Source: Blastocladiella emersonii ATCC 22665 | Taxonomy: Eukaryota; Fungi; Blastocladiomycota | Assembly (NCBI GenBank): GCA_025594325.1 | Contig: JANHCV010000001.1 | Coordinates: forward strand, 4,340,001 to 4,404,000 | Reading direction: 5' to 3' | Length of the DNA stretch: 64,000 bases | Part shown: positions 47,465 to 59,573 of the stretch, piece by piece | Numbering within the stretch: position 1 is the first letter of the stretch | Layout of the letters: each line of letters begins with the position of its first letter | Program-made: the position numbers and the translations under genes | Notes under the pieces: model-generated | Databases searched by the model: none | What the model was told of the DNA's origin: nothing | Seen by the model: the letters and a program-made list of their open reading frames with translations, nothing else

Positions 47465-50400
47465 TCATGGCTTCTGCCCCGCCGTCAGCCCTTGGAGCAC
47501 GCCGAACAGGACGCCCTCGAGCACGTCCTGCATCAGGTCTTGCGGCGGTGCATGCTGATCGGGAACGTGCCACTCGGCGTGGCCGTGGACCTTGTCCAGC
47601 ACGTCCTCGTCCTGCGTCTCCTGGAACACGGCGTCGAGGCATGCGCGCAGCGTCGACCCGATCGCGGCCACCATCTCGGCCGTGTCCACGGCGGCCGCCG
47701 CCGCTGCGGGAACAGAACTCGCGCCCGCTGACGAGTCCACGCTGGCCGACGGTGGCAGCGCCGTGGGCACGTAGCGCGGGACCACGTTGGCCGCGAGCCC
47801 CGCGACCTGCGCCGTGGTCTCGATGCGCACCGCGAGCTCGCGCTTGCTCGGCCCGCCGCCCGCGCCGCGTAGGGGTGAGCCGGCGCGGCCGCCACCGCTG
47901 CCGCCGTGGATCGACGGGAGCGCCGTCGAGTACCGGTTCAGCGACGACGAGGTGCGGTACGACGACGCGGCCGAGGTCGCGAGCCGCTTGGATTTCTGCG
48001 CGACCTCGGACTGGAGCTAGATGGGGGCAGGCGGGGTGGGAGAGGTCAGCGACGATGGCCATGGCCGCCGTGAGTGCGCGACGAACGTACTGCTTGCATG
48101 TTGGGCCCGTAGAGACACTCGAACAGGTGCGTGCTGCGCCCCGGCGCGGCGCCGCCGCGAATGTAGACGCGCGCGACGAGCATCTGGCCGGGCTCCAGCG
48201 AGCCGGCCGGCGGGATGATACGGACCTGCTCCTCGTGGTGCGCGAGCGAGCGCCACAGGAAGCACATGGGCGCCGTCGACGGGTTGCGCAGCACCACGAC
48301 GCGCGTCTGCAGAGCATGGACGGGGAGCGCGACGAGGTAGATCTCCTCCTGGTCGAGCACGAGCTCGGCCGCGTCCCCGGATGGTCGCTCTGTTGACGGT
48401 TTGCTGCCCGAGCGGGCGACGAGGGCGCCGGGCGAGGGCAGCTGGCCGCGGCCGCTGATAGTCACCTCGAAGGCCTGGCCGCCGACCATGGACACGCGCA
48501 CGGTTGACTCGTGCGCCTTGGCCTCGATCGGGTAGAAGGTGAACGGGACCGCGACCGACTCGCCCGGCGCAATTGAGCCGTGCGGCTTGAGGCAGTCGAA
48601 GATGCGGAAGCCGTGGTTCTCGTCCTGCGTCTACATGGCCATAGTCATGTCAGCTCTCCTGGTAGTGGCGGTGAGCGCGTCGTACCTTGTCCAGCTCGTC
48701 CGTGGCCACCGAGTACCACACGGTCACGTCGCTGTTGTTCGCGAGCGGCATGGGCGCGACGAGGGGCTCATCACGGTCGAGCTCCACGTCGCCGAACGTG
48801 AGGTTGTCGCCCGCGTGGAAGAGGTACCCCTGGTGGTGCTGGACCGTGGTCGCCGAGAGCAGGAGCGGGATCACGCCGTCACATTCGGGCCCGCCCTTGA
48901 CCTGCAGCTGCACAGCCTGCTCGTGCAGACCGATGGCGCGGTGCGCGCACTCGATGGTCAGCTTCTGGAGCTCGCCGGGCCGCAGGTAGCCGCTCTGTTT
49001 GACGTGAGCGGTTAGTGCGGAGGCGAGCGAATAAGTATGCATGGCCACGTACGCGGTGCGAGATGGTGAAGGTGCGCGACTCGTTGAGCATGTTGCTCGC
49101 TTCCTGCTCCTGCGCGACCTACACGCATGGCCATGGTCAGCTCGGACTTGTACCCGTGGAGATGAGCGATGCGACACGTACCACGGGATCTTGCGGCGAC
49201 GTCAGCGACCACTGCAGGTCAACGGGGCCCGAGTTGCGAAGCACCCACTGGACCCGCGTGTCGGGACACCCGAGCAGCCGCGCGCCGAGGACCACGTCGA
49301 GCACGCGCTTCGACGAGCCGCGCTGCAGCGCCTTGTTGACGCTCTCGATGTTGCACGAGCGGTACAGCTCGGTCGAGCTGAGGTCTGGATGGGACGGGCG
49401 CGAGGAGGTGAGCGATCGCGCAACAATGGCCACGAGCGAGAAAAGTCGTACCGTTGCCGCAAACGTGAAGGATCTCAAGTGTCGGGAACGTGCCCGACGC
49501 AACCACGGCGCAAAAGTCGGTCCACTGGTCCTCGGGCACTGCGTCGAGCTCACCGCTGCTGTGCCGGCCGAGCGCGATCTGGACCTTGAAGTGGTACTCG
49601 CGCTGTTGCCGCAGGAACAGGTGGAGCATAATCGGGCGCGATGACTTGGCCGGGACGCGGCCAAACGCGTCGAGAATGCGGTTGTTTGGCGCCGGAGGTC
49701 CTAGAAAGTCGAGGAGTCAGTAGCAGACACAATGACCATCGTCGCCTCGCGTACCGTAGGTATTGGACTGCAGATCGAGCTCGCGGAGCCGCACCGCGTA
49801 GTGGACGGCGCACTCGGTCGGGTTCTCGATGAGCACGTCCTTGGCCGTCGTGATGTGCGCTGTGTTAATGAGCACGTGCGGCAGATGGACGCGTTGCGAC
49901 GCGGGCTGGATCGTGCCGACGAAGGCGGCCGCGCCCACGGCCACAGTCATACGGGTCTCCTCCGTGCCCGCGGCGCCGCGCTCGCCGCAGTCGGCCAACC
50001 GACACGCGAGCGGGATGTGGAACAGCGACTTGCCCGCCTGTGTCGGGCGGAACGACAGCTCGAACTCGCACGTGCCGTGCGGAGGCAGCTCGCCCGAGTC
50101 GGGCGAGACGGCCAGCACGTTCGTGTACGCGTTCGGCACGCGCCACGCGAAGCGGATCGGGAGGTCCGACTCGCTGCGCAGCGTGCCAACGCGGCGGCCG
50201 ACCATGCCGACGAGCGTCGGCGCGACCATGAGCGCAGCCGACGGGCGGACCGAGATCAGCGGCCGGATCACGCGGACGCAAAGTTGAAGTTTCTACACGT
50301 CGCGACGTTGCGTCAGCGTGGCCACCGTGCACCAAGAGAGCCCTCGCGTACCTGGCCCGAGGCGATGCTGCCGTTGAACGCACAAAGTAGACCGTGGCTC

Positions 50401-53151
50401 AGGAACCCGGCCTCGAGCTCGTCCGCGCGGCTCGGGTCGAACGTGGCCCGCACGAGCTGGCTGCCGCCGACCGGGATCAGACCCGCGGACGGAGACAGGC
50501 TCCACGGCATCCCGTCAGTATCGCCTTCTTGACTCGAGGTCGCGGCGATGGTGCTGGCCGCGGTGCGACCGCCAGGCACGAGGTGGTGGAACGAGAACTG
50601 CGCCGGGCAGTCGCCCGTGTTGACGAGGCGGAATGTGCGCGAGACAGCTGGGCCCGAGGCCGCGGTTGGCGGCAGCTCAATCCGGCTTCCGGCCGAGATT
50701 TCGACGCTGGCCAGGGCCATTTGCGGCGAGAGCGTGTTGCTACGGATGAAGGACCATCGTCAGTCACGGCCACCGACCCAACGAAGCGCAAGACGCACCC
50801 AACGACGCTGAGCGGGAGGTGGAACGACGGCATGATGGCCTGGTCGTGCGTAATGAGCCGAAAGTTGCGCATCACCTTGGGGAACACGAAGCACTCGAGC
50901 TGCGCGTGGTCAACCGCGTCGTCGACCTCGGGTCGATACGAGACGCGGAACTGTGTGGTGCCCTGCGGCGCAATCTCCTGGAGGCTGGGCTCGACGAGGA
51001 AGTGCGAGGTCTTGGCGTCGTGCCACACGCAGACGACCTTGGTGTGCGAGTGGTTGGTCACGGTCACGATGCGCGGCTCGATGAAGCGGTACCGCGCGCA
51101 GGTGCCGAAATCGACTGTGTCCACGTCCATGGCCACGGGCGTGTGCGCCGTGGCCGCGATCGTCGAGGTGTCGGCCGAGTCGGACCAGTGCAGGCGGCCG
51201 TCGTCGCCCTCGGTCAGCGTGCCCAGGTTGATCATCTGTTCGACCGTTTCGAGGGATCAGTCACGGATGTTCGCAGACGTGTAAGAGAAAAGCGTACCTG
51301 GTCGAGCTGCTCGGGACCGTAGAGACCGAGACCGACGGACTGCAGGTGCTGGAAGTGGTCGAGATGCCGCGGGAGGAGGGACGGCGGTCGCTGGCGCTCC
51401 GTGAAGCCTGTACCGACCACGTCAATGGTCTACACGTCGCGATGGAGTAGGGTGAGCAACAGTCGTGAGATAACCCACGAGTAAGCGTACAAAGTCGGAG
51501 CCATTCTCGACCAGGCAATGAATGCGGCGATGGTACACGATGGGCGCGCCGGGGCGGAACGTGATGCTCATGGCGACCGACGAGCCGGGCGACACGACCA
51601 TGACGGGTCGCAAACTTGGCGTAGATGGATGTGGGCCGACGAGTGCCGCGTTGCACGCCTCGAGGTAGAAGGCGCTGGTGCCCTCGAGACCCTGGAACTG
51701 GATCGTGGCCGGCGTCGTGCCCTCGTTGATGATCTGGAGGGCACGCGTCTGGTCCGCGCCGACGCGCAGATCGCCGAACGCGACGACGGAGAGGGAAGAG
51801 CGGATGCAGGCCGACGAAACCTGGGCGCGGAAGAGGATGCGGATCGGCGTGCTCATGCCAGGCGACAGCAGCTCCCAAGGCTCGGCGATGGTCGAGCCGG
51901 GCACCGTCGGAGCGAGGACGGCGAAAATGTCGTGCGAGGCGCCCGGGTCGAGCACGCCGCGGACCCGCGAGAGCGTCACGGCGCACGCGTTGGCCTCGGC
52001 GAGCGACGTGGAGAGCTGTCGTAGCGTGTAGCTGGCCTTGACCTACAGTGAGAGTTAGTCGTGGGATCGCGCGGTTCGCTGGCCGCAAGCGACCGTACCA
52101 TGGACGGGTTGACGACCTTGAGCGCGACCTTCTTCTTGGCGCCCATGTCGACCGAGCCGAGGTCCATTTCGGAGACGGGATGTTCTGGGTCGGCGGCTCG
52201 CGCGAGGTGCAGCTTGGCGAACTTTCCGACGCCATGGAGCTCGAGGCTCTGGGTGATGGGCGAGTGGGTCTCGCCGTATCGACACACGAGTTGGACATGA
52301 TGCGCGGAGGCGAGCTACACGGCGCAACGTCAATCAAGTGCGAGTTTCCGGGCGGTTACATCAAACGAACCGTGGGCCGGTACGTGACGACGATGGTCGC
52401 CCGCTCCCCCGGTTCCAGCTCGCCCGCAGCCGGCTCGACCGAGAAGGGCGAGTTTTCTGGCACCTCCCAGCGGAACGCGGTCCGCAGCTCGCCCGCGTTC
52501 TTGAGCGGGAACGACTGGGCCGACGGCTCGTGAATCGCGCACAGGCCAAAGTCGAGCTTGGAGCTGAAGTCGAGGCGGTGCTCGGGCAGCGTGGCGAGGA
52601 GGGGGATTGAGAATTTGCCGAGCGACGAGGTGAACTCGACGGAATCGCGGTAGACGGCGGGCGCAATCGGACGGAACGTGATGGGGAACGAGCACGACAT
52701 GCCCGCGCTCAGCACGCGGGTCTCGGGGTAGTCGAGGAAGAAGACCTTGGACTGCGGCAGGCGGTAGCGTAGCTTGAGCGTGCGCGTGGTCGAGTTCTTG
52801 GCGGTGAAGACCAGCGTGTACTCGTTGCAGGGCTCCCTGCGATGCGAACGGCTGGTGAGCGATCGTCACCGACCGGCGAGTGCTGGACTGCGGGTGTACT
52901 CACCATCCCGTAAAGTGCACCGTGTCGGCACACTCGATGCCGGTCTGGAGCTTCCGCTCGGCGCGCGTCATGCTCTGGCGGACGGCGGCGTGGACGTGCG
53001 TGTCGCGGGCTCCACGGTGCAGCACCTGGCCCTCCATGAAGCCGCTGTCCTGCTGCGTTACATGGCGAGTTGCATCTTTGGAGTCGTGCAGCGGCGCAGC
53101 ACCGACCCGCTTCATGTGCGGGGCGGCGGCCTTGCTTGCGACGCTCGGCAT
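47465..53151 (-). CDS. CFAP65: Cilia- and flagella-associated protein 65 (CCDC108), many exons, tandem ASH/MSP Ig-like domains
   Basis: GIECADTVHFTGWEP..LVFTAKN..LRYRLPQSKVFF..LSAGMSCSFPITFRP..YRDSVEF..ATLPEHRL matches the CFAP65 N-terminus. Later ASH-type repeats include F.W....F.V.P..G.L.PG, RNFRLI..Q..MP.FHL and FSVGGQT. Exact exon boundaries were not all resolved. Confidence 0.82.
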
Positions 53152-53593
53152 GGTGTGTGCGTTGTGCTTCAGGAACGAGCGCCGCCGTCGTGTTGGCGAT
53201 CGCCATCCTGCACGCGCGCGAGGCAGCCGAATTCGGGGTCCGGTTGTCACGCCAGGGGTGGGAGACGCGCGGAGATGGCGCGACGCGTCTCGCGTCTCGG
53301 TCACGTTGCGCGCCTGCCACGGTCTCTCATCGGGCCAAGCCTGTGAGTCGGAGCCGGCGGCCGCTGAGTCGAAGTCGGCGGTGCGGGCCGGCCGCGTCCG
53401 CTTCCTCCCTCGCTCGGCCACAGTTCGCCGACCCCGGCACACCCCACTCCCTGCAACGGATTTCGTCCCATGCAATCTTGACGTCTACCATCAGCATCCA
53501 CGGCAACTCGATCAGCCGACAGGCGCATACCACCAGCTTGGCTGCTCCACACCCGGCCACCACCCATCACCACCCACTACCCCACTCTCGCCA

Positions 53594-56500
53594 ATGGCTG
53601 ACGGCAGGAGGACTGTCTCGCCGCCCGGCCGCGACGACGACGCCATGGACGTCACGCCCGACGCACCGCCGCCGCCACGATTTGCGCCGCCGTCGATCAT
53701 GCCGCCGTCGCTTCCGCCGATGCCGCCACCCACGTCGTCTCTCTGTGGATCCGGGCTCCTGCTGCAACCCTCGACCATTGCGCAGACCCCGAAGCGCTCG
53801 CTCTACCTCAGCGACCAGTCGCCCGCGCCGCTCATGTGGACCCCGTCCATTGAGACACCGTCGGCCGCGCGGACCGTCTCGGGCACCACACCCGCGGTCA
53901 CCCCGGTCAGCGGCACTACGCCCTCGTCTCGAGCGCCGCACTCTCGCCGATCGGGCCGCCCGCGCCATGTCGATGCCGCCTCGAGCTCGCTCGACGCCGT
54001 CTCGAATCTGCCCAACGACGCACCGAGTTTCGCGCAAGAGCTCCCGCCCGAGCTGCGCGCCAACGGCAGCGACGACGACCGGTCCGTCGACTTCAGCGGT
54101 TCAGTCCACTCGCCGCTCGCCCCTGTCGCCCCGCTCTTCCCGTCCCCGTGGCACGTTCACGTCGTCCAGGTCGCCGACGGCGACGCGTCCACGCAGTCCC
54201 AGAACCACGTCGCCGCGACTCCATCCCGGCTGCCGTCCTCGTCGGCGCCCGCCAACGTCGGCTCGAGCTCGGTCGCGTGCACGAGCTGCATGGCCTCGGT
54301 CTCGTGCGTGTGCGGCTCGCCCAGTCGCTCGCCGCGCGCCCACGCTGACGGCGACGCGTTCGGTCTCAGCCTGAGCGCGCCGTCTCCCCGGAAACGGTCG
54401 CGCGGCTCGCCCCGTGCCGCCCTCGTCTCAGCGCCCGTCTCGACACCCGTCTCGGGCTCGGACACCGATGACTTTACCGACGACGACAATGACGATCTGC
54501 CGGCCGATGCGCGTCCGCCGCCGCTCAAGCGCCAGAACGTTGCCGACGGCCCCGCCGTGACGGCCGTCGACGAGCTTGACTCGCAGGCGCACCTCAGCTC
54601 GCAGACTTCGGTGCACTCGGTAAACGGCCTGCTGCCCACCTCGGCGGCCATCATCGACGCCGAGCTCGCCGACACGTCGGTGCAACTCGACGCCGATACG
54701 TCGGCCCTCGATGCCGCGAACTCGGCCCCACACCAGCCCGGCTTCGAGGACGACTCGCAGGCCAACATTCTCTCGCCGCCGCTTTCACCCCGCATCGTCG
54801 TGAACGGTCCGCTCCCTCCTGCGGTTGCGGTCATGACCGCAGAGCTGCACCCGGTCCTTGCCGCTGCACCCGCTTCCCTCGCACCGCCATGCGATGCGCC
54901 AACCCCCGACTTCACCATGGCCGAGCGTTCAAGCCCGATCATGTGGGGCGACTCGCAGGACGGTGCGACCGCGGTTCCCACCGACCCGGCGGACCTGCCA
55001 ATGCCGGCGCCCGGATCGCCGCTCATGCCGTACCCGGACCCCGTGGCGGTCGTGCAGTCCGTTGCCGAGCCCGCCGTCATCGCGACGCAGCCCTCGACCT
55101 CGACCGAGGACGCCCCGAGTCTCTCGATCGCCTTGACCCAGCGAGCGCTCACCGACAGGTCCGTTACATTCCCTCTCCCCGCCGCCTCCACATCAGCTGC
55201 TGACCCGAATCGCTCAAGCAGCCTCGACCGTTCCGATACCGTGTCGTCGGCCGTCTCGCTGCCCATGCCGTCGCCCGCGCCGCTTCCCGAACCATCGCCT
55301 TCGTGCGAGGAGGTCGCCGAGCTGCCACATCCGCCATCACCCGGCTCGATCGAGTCGGCCGTACCGCTGGCACCTTCCTCACCACCACCAGCTGTGCCCG
55401 TGTCACCCGCACTACCCGCTCGCGAGGCCTCGCTTTCGCCGGTCGCACCTGTTGTCCAGCGCTCGCCGACGCCCGTGTCGGCCGCGCCTGCGCCCGCGTT
55501 CGCGACTTACTCGGTCGTACCATCAGCGGCTGTGCTCTCGTCACCAGCACCGCCCGCTCGCGAGCAGCTCTCGATTTCGCCGGCCCGGCCCGTCGTCGAG
55601 CGGACGTCACCACCACCCGCACCGCCTGCGCCCGTGTTCGCCGCTCCCTCGGTCGCACCACCACCTGCTGTTCCCGTCGACGCCGCGACCGCGTCGTTCG
55701 CTCGCGAGGCCTCGATTTCGCCGGCCCGGCCTGCCGTCGAGCGGTCGCCACCACCGCCTGCGCTGCTTGCGCTTGCGTTCGCTGCTGCTTCGGTCGTACC
55801 ACCGCCTGCCGCTCCCGCCGGCGCCGCTGCGGCATCTTTCGTGCCCGCGGCGTCAACTACGGTCGTCTCGGCTGCGTCAGCCACCTCGGCTATCGCCGCC
55901 CCGCCAGCTCCGCCGTCGAAGCCCAAGTACCGCCTCGCCGTTCGTGCTCCCGCGCCCCCAAAGGGCCGCAGCTTCGCCGAGTTCCAGCAGGGCTTAATCG
56001 ACGACCTGCGCGGCCTGCGCGGCATCCCCGCCCCGAACAACGCGCCGGTGCCCGACTACATGCCGGCGTTCGCGCCGGCGAGAACCGTCGTCGACGTCGA
56101 CGCGGCACCCGAGACTGCCCACGTCCCGTCAGTCGTCAAGTTCGGCTCCGCCGCGGCGCTCGCGCCTGTGCCCCAGCCCGAGCCGGCCGTAGCCGAGGCC
56201 GAGCCCATGGACGTGACCGTGGAGCCGGCGAACGCGCCGTCGCGCCTGCCCGCTGCCGCGCCCGCACCTCGGCCCGACCGCGCCACTGCTCGACCCAAGT
56301 ACCGGCTCTCAGACCGGCCCGCAGAGCCCGTCCAGATGAAGCGGTCGGCCGCCGAGATCAAGGCGCTCCTCCTCGCGGACCTCGAGATTGGGAGTCAGCC
56401 GAACGAAGGCCCGCTTCCGGTCGCGCAGTTCGCGAGCGCCAGGTCGGTGGCCCCGCCGACACGTCCCCGACCCGCGCCGCCCGCGTTCGTCGCGCCCGTG

Positions 56501-59500
56501 CGCGCTGCTCCCCGTCCTGCCGCACGCGTCGTCCATGTCGATGGCGACGAGCCCAAGCCGGCGCCTGCGGTCCCGCCAAGGCCAGTCACAGCGTTTGACC
56601 CGCCCCCGGGCGTCTTCGTCACGGGCGCCGGCCGGCCGACGCTCGCGCCGTCCAAGGAGGGCCTCGAGCGCGCCCGAAAGTGGATCAACGCGCCGTCCAA
56701 CGACGATGCACAGGCGGAACTCGCCGCCTTCGCCACGTCCTCGCAGAAAGCCAAGCCGGCCCGGCCCGTCGTGCAGCAGCAGTCTCGCCTCGTGCAACGC
56801 GAGCCCGAGCCGCTCGACCGCGCGCGCTCCATGACGCCGCCGTCGCGCCCGCGCCCCCTCGGCGCGAGTGCGGGACCCGCAGTCACCCCGGCACCAACGC
56901 CGACGCGGGCTGTCGGGTTGCACACGGCGGCGACCCCACGCACCACCACGTCGCAGTTCCGCCCGCCGATGCGCCGGTCGTCGAGCGACGTGTCGCTCGG
57001 TCCCCGCACACCGCTTATCGTAACGCCCGCTTCGACCATGTCGCGGCAGTCGTCGTTCGCGACGCCGAGCCTGCCGCCGCGTGCAGCATCGGCCACGCCA
57101 GCTGTAGCGCCGAGCGTGCCCGCGACGCCGGTTCGTGGCCCCCGACCAATGTCCACGCCGGGCACCATGTCCGCGCCATCCACGGCAGTGAGGCCAGCCG
57201 CGCCCGCATCCGTGACCGCGACCGAGAACCAGGCCCCGCTCCGCCCGTCGCACACGCGCAAGTCGTCCAACGGCACCATGCTCTCGATGCGCACGCCGTC
57301 GCGGCCCGCGTCGACGCTCGGGCGGCAGGCCGCGAGCCGGCCCATGTTCAAGACGCCGCTCCGCGCTCCCTCGGCGGCCAAGGACGGGCAGACCGCGACG
57401 GCTCAGCTTCGGACTCCAGCCACGACGCCCGCGGCGGGGCGCCGGCGGTCCAACGTGCGCGCTTCGACGCCAGCGGCGACGCCGACTCGCACCGCGGGCG
57501 TCGCGTCCGTGTTCGACCTGCCGCCAGTTCCCTCGCTGGACCGCGTGTCGCTGCGCTCGCTTGGCGCGCCGGCCGTCGGCCGCGGATCCGTTCCGCAGTG
57601 GATTGCCCGCATCACGTCCGAGACCGCGGCATGGTTCCGGTTCCCGGGCGCTGCGCAGTGGGGTCCCTCGGACGTGCACGCCGCGCTTCTCGCCGCGGGC
57701 GCCGTGCCAAAACTCGTCAGCGAGGACTGGACGCGCAACCACTACCGGTGGATCGTGTGGAAGCTCGCGTGCCAGCACCGTGCGTACGCCGCGAACCCGG
57801 CCGCCGCCGCGCAGCTCCCGCCGTTCACCACGGACACGGTGGTGCGCCAGCTGCTGTACCGGTACGAGCGCGAGGTGGTGCGCGCCGAACGGCCCGTGCT
57901 CCGGCGGATCGTCGAGCGCGACGAGACGGCGCACCGGCCCATGGTCCTGTGCGTGGCGCGGATCGTGGCGGTCGAGGATCCCGAGTCGGGCAAGGCCATC
58001 GACGCCCTCGAGCTGACGGACGGGTGGTACTCGATCACGGCCAAGCTCGACGCGGCGCTGCTGCGCGCCGTGGACAACGGGCGGATCGTGGTCGGCGGTA
58101 AGCTCCTGGTCGGCGGCGCGTCGCTGGTCGCATCAGGCGACGGGGTCCCCGTCCTCGACACCGTCCCGACGTGGTCCGCGACGGGGTCCGAGCTGACGCC
58201 GCCCGACCACGCGGCGGTCTCGCTCAAGCTGTGCGGCAACTCGACCAAGCCCGCGCGGTGGGACGCCAAGCTCGGGCACGTTGCGGGCCCGCCGACGGTG
58301 CCCGTGGCGCTGCGCGCGCTTGCGGCGGACGGCGGCCCGTTCTCCGAGATCGCGGTCCAGATCCTGCGCGTGTACCCGACCATGTACATGGAGATCTTCC
58401 CGAACGGCGAGAAGGCGTACCGCAACCTCCGCGAGGAGCAGGCCGCGCAGGCCGACTACGAGCGGCTGCTGGTCCTCGGCGGCGGCGCCGAGGGCACCCG
58501 CGTCCGGTCGTTTGCGCGGCGGCCTGCTGACGCGATCGACGACGAGGAGCTCGCGCGCGCCGTTGCGCTCGGCACGATCCAGCACGCGCTCGCCGAGGTC
58601 TCGCCCGCGGTCGCGGCGCAGCTGCAGGAGCGCCTCGCGCAGCTCCCCGACCACATGGTGCACGCGGCGCGCGAGGCCGTCAAGCGCAACGTGACGCCCT
58701 TCTTCCGCATCAAGGTGGCGTGCGCGCGGCAATCCGCCGCGCGGTGCGTCGACGCCGACGGCGACCCGGTCCCCGTCGCGACCGCCGTCCTGACCGTGTG
58801 GCGGCCCGACGAGTCGATGCTGCACGAGATTCGCGAGGGCCGGTACTACCGCGTCGTGCACGGGCAGGTGTCGGGCTCGTTCCGCGACGTGCTGCGGCTG
58901 TCGACGACGCGCGGCACGCGGTGGGTGCCCCTGGCCGGCCCCATCGGGGACGCGCCGTCGCCATACGTCCCACGCGAGACGGTGCGCGATTTCGCGCAGC
59001 TCGCCGATACGGGCGACGGGCGCGCGCGCGAGATCGACGTCGAGGGCGTGGTGGTCCGCGTCCGCAAGCCCGCGGCGCATACGGCGGCGCCGCTCGAGAT
59101 CCATCTCGCGGACGCCAGGGGGTGCGCGTTCGCCGTGTTCCGCGCGTACGTCCAGATGTGGATCCCGTCGTTCCACGACTCGCTCAAGGTACGCCGTTCG
59201 GGTTCCTGCCCGTGTCGACCAGTTCACTGACCACCTCAACATGTAGCCCGGGACGAGCCTTGCGCTGCGCAACGTGCGCTGGACGGGCGACGACGCCGAG
59301 TGGCAGGTCGCGCAGCTCGCCGCGACCGACGAGACTGAGATCCGCCGCGTGTCTGCGGCCGCGTCGCTGCCCGCGCCGCTGCACGAGCTCGTCGCGCGGC
59401 TCGACGCGGTGCGGTACGGCGGGTATGCGCCGGCCAAGCGCGCGCGCGGAGGAGGTGGGGATGAGGGGGTCGACTGGGCCGCGTTCTTCAGTCAATCGCC

Positions 59501-59504
59501 GTGA
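53594..59504 (+). CDS. BRCA2: BRCA2/Brh2 homologous recombination mediator, ~1,950 aa; intron 59189-59246
   Basis: Single BRC repeat FVTGAGRPTLAPSKEGLERARKWI; helical domain WTRNHYRWIVWKLA; OB1 VLRRIVERDE..MVLCV..ELTDGWYSI..LKLCGNSTKPARWDAKLG; OB2/tower ILRVYPTMYME..LTVWRP; C-terminal OB fold. Confidence 0.93.
55380..55830 (+). repeat. About three degenerate ~46-48-aa Pro/Ala-rich tandem repeats in the BRCA2 N-terminal region
   Basis: REASLSPVAPVVQRSP / REQLSISPARPVVERTSP / REASISPARPAVERSP start at 55421, 55559 and 55703 (spacings 138 and 144 nt), with DNA-level similarity. Confidence 0.75.
56615..56689 (+). other. BRC repeat (RAD51-binding) within BRCA2
   Basis: FVTGAGR..PS..GLERARKWI fits the FxTASGK..S..SLxKAKxLF consensus. 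Confidence 0.85.
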
Positions 59505-59573
59505 GGCAGAAGGGGCAGCAAATGCAAAGTGTATTTTCATTCGGAGTTCGTGCACGGGTTTGGTGTGGTTTGG

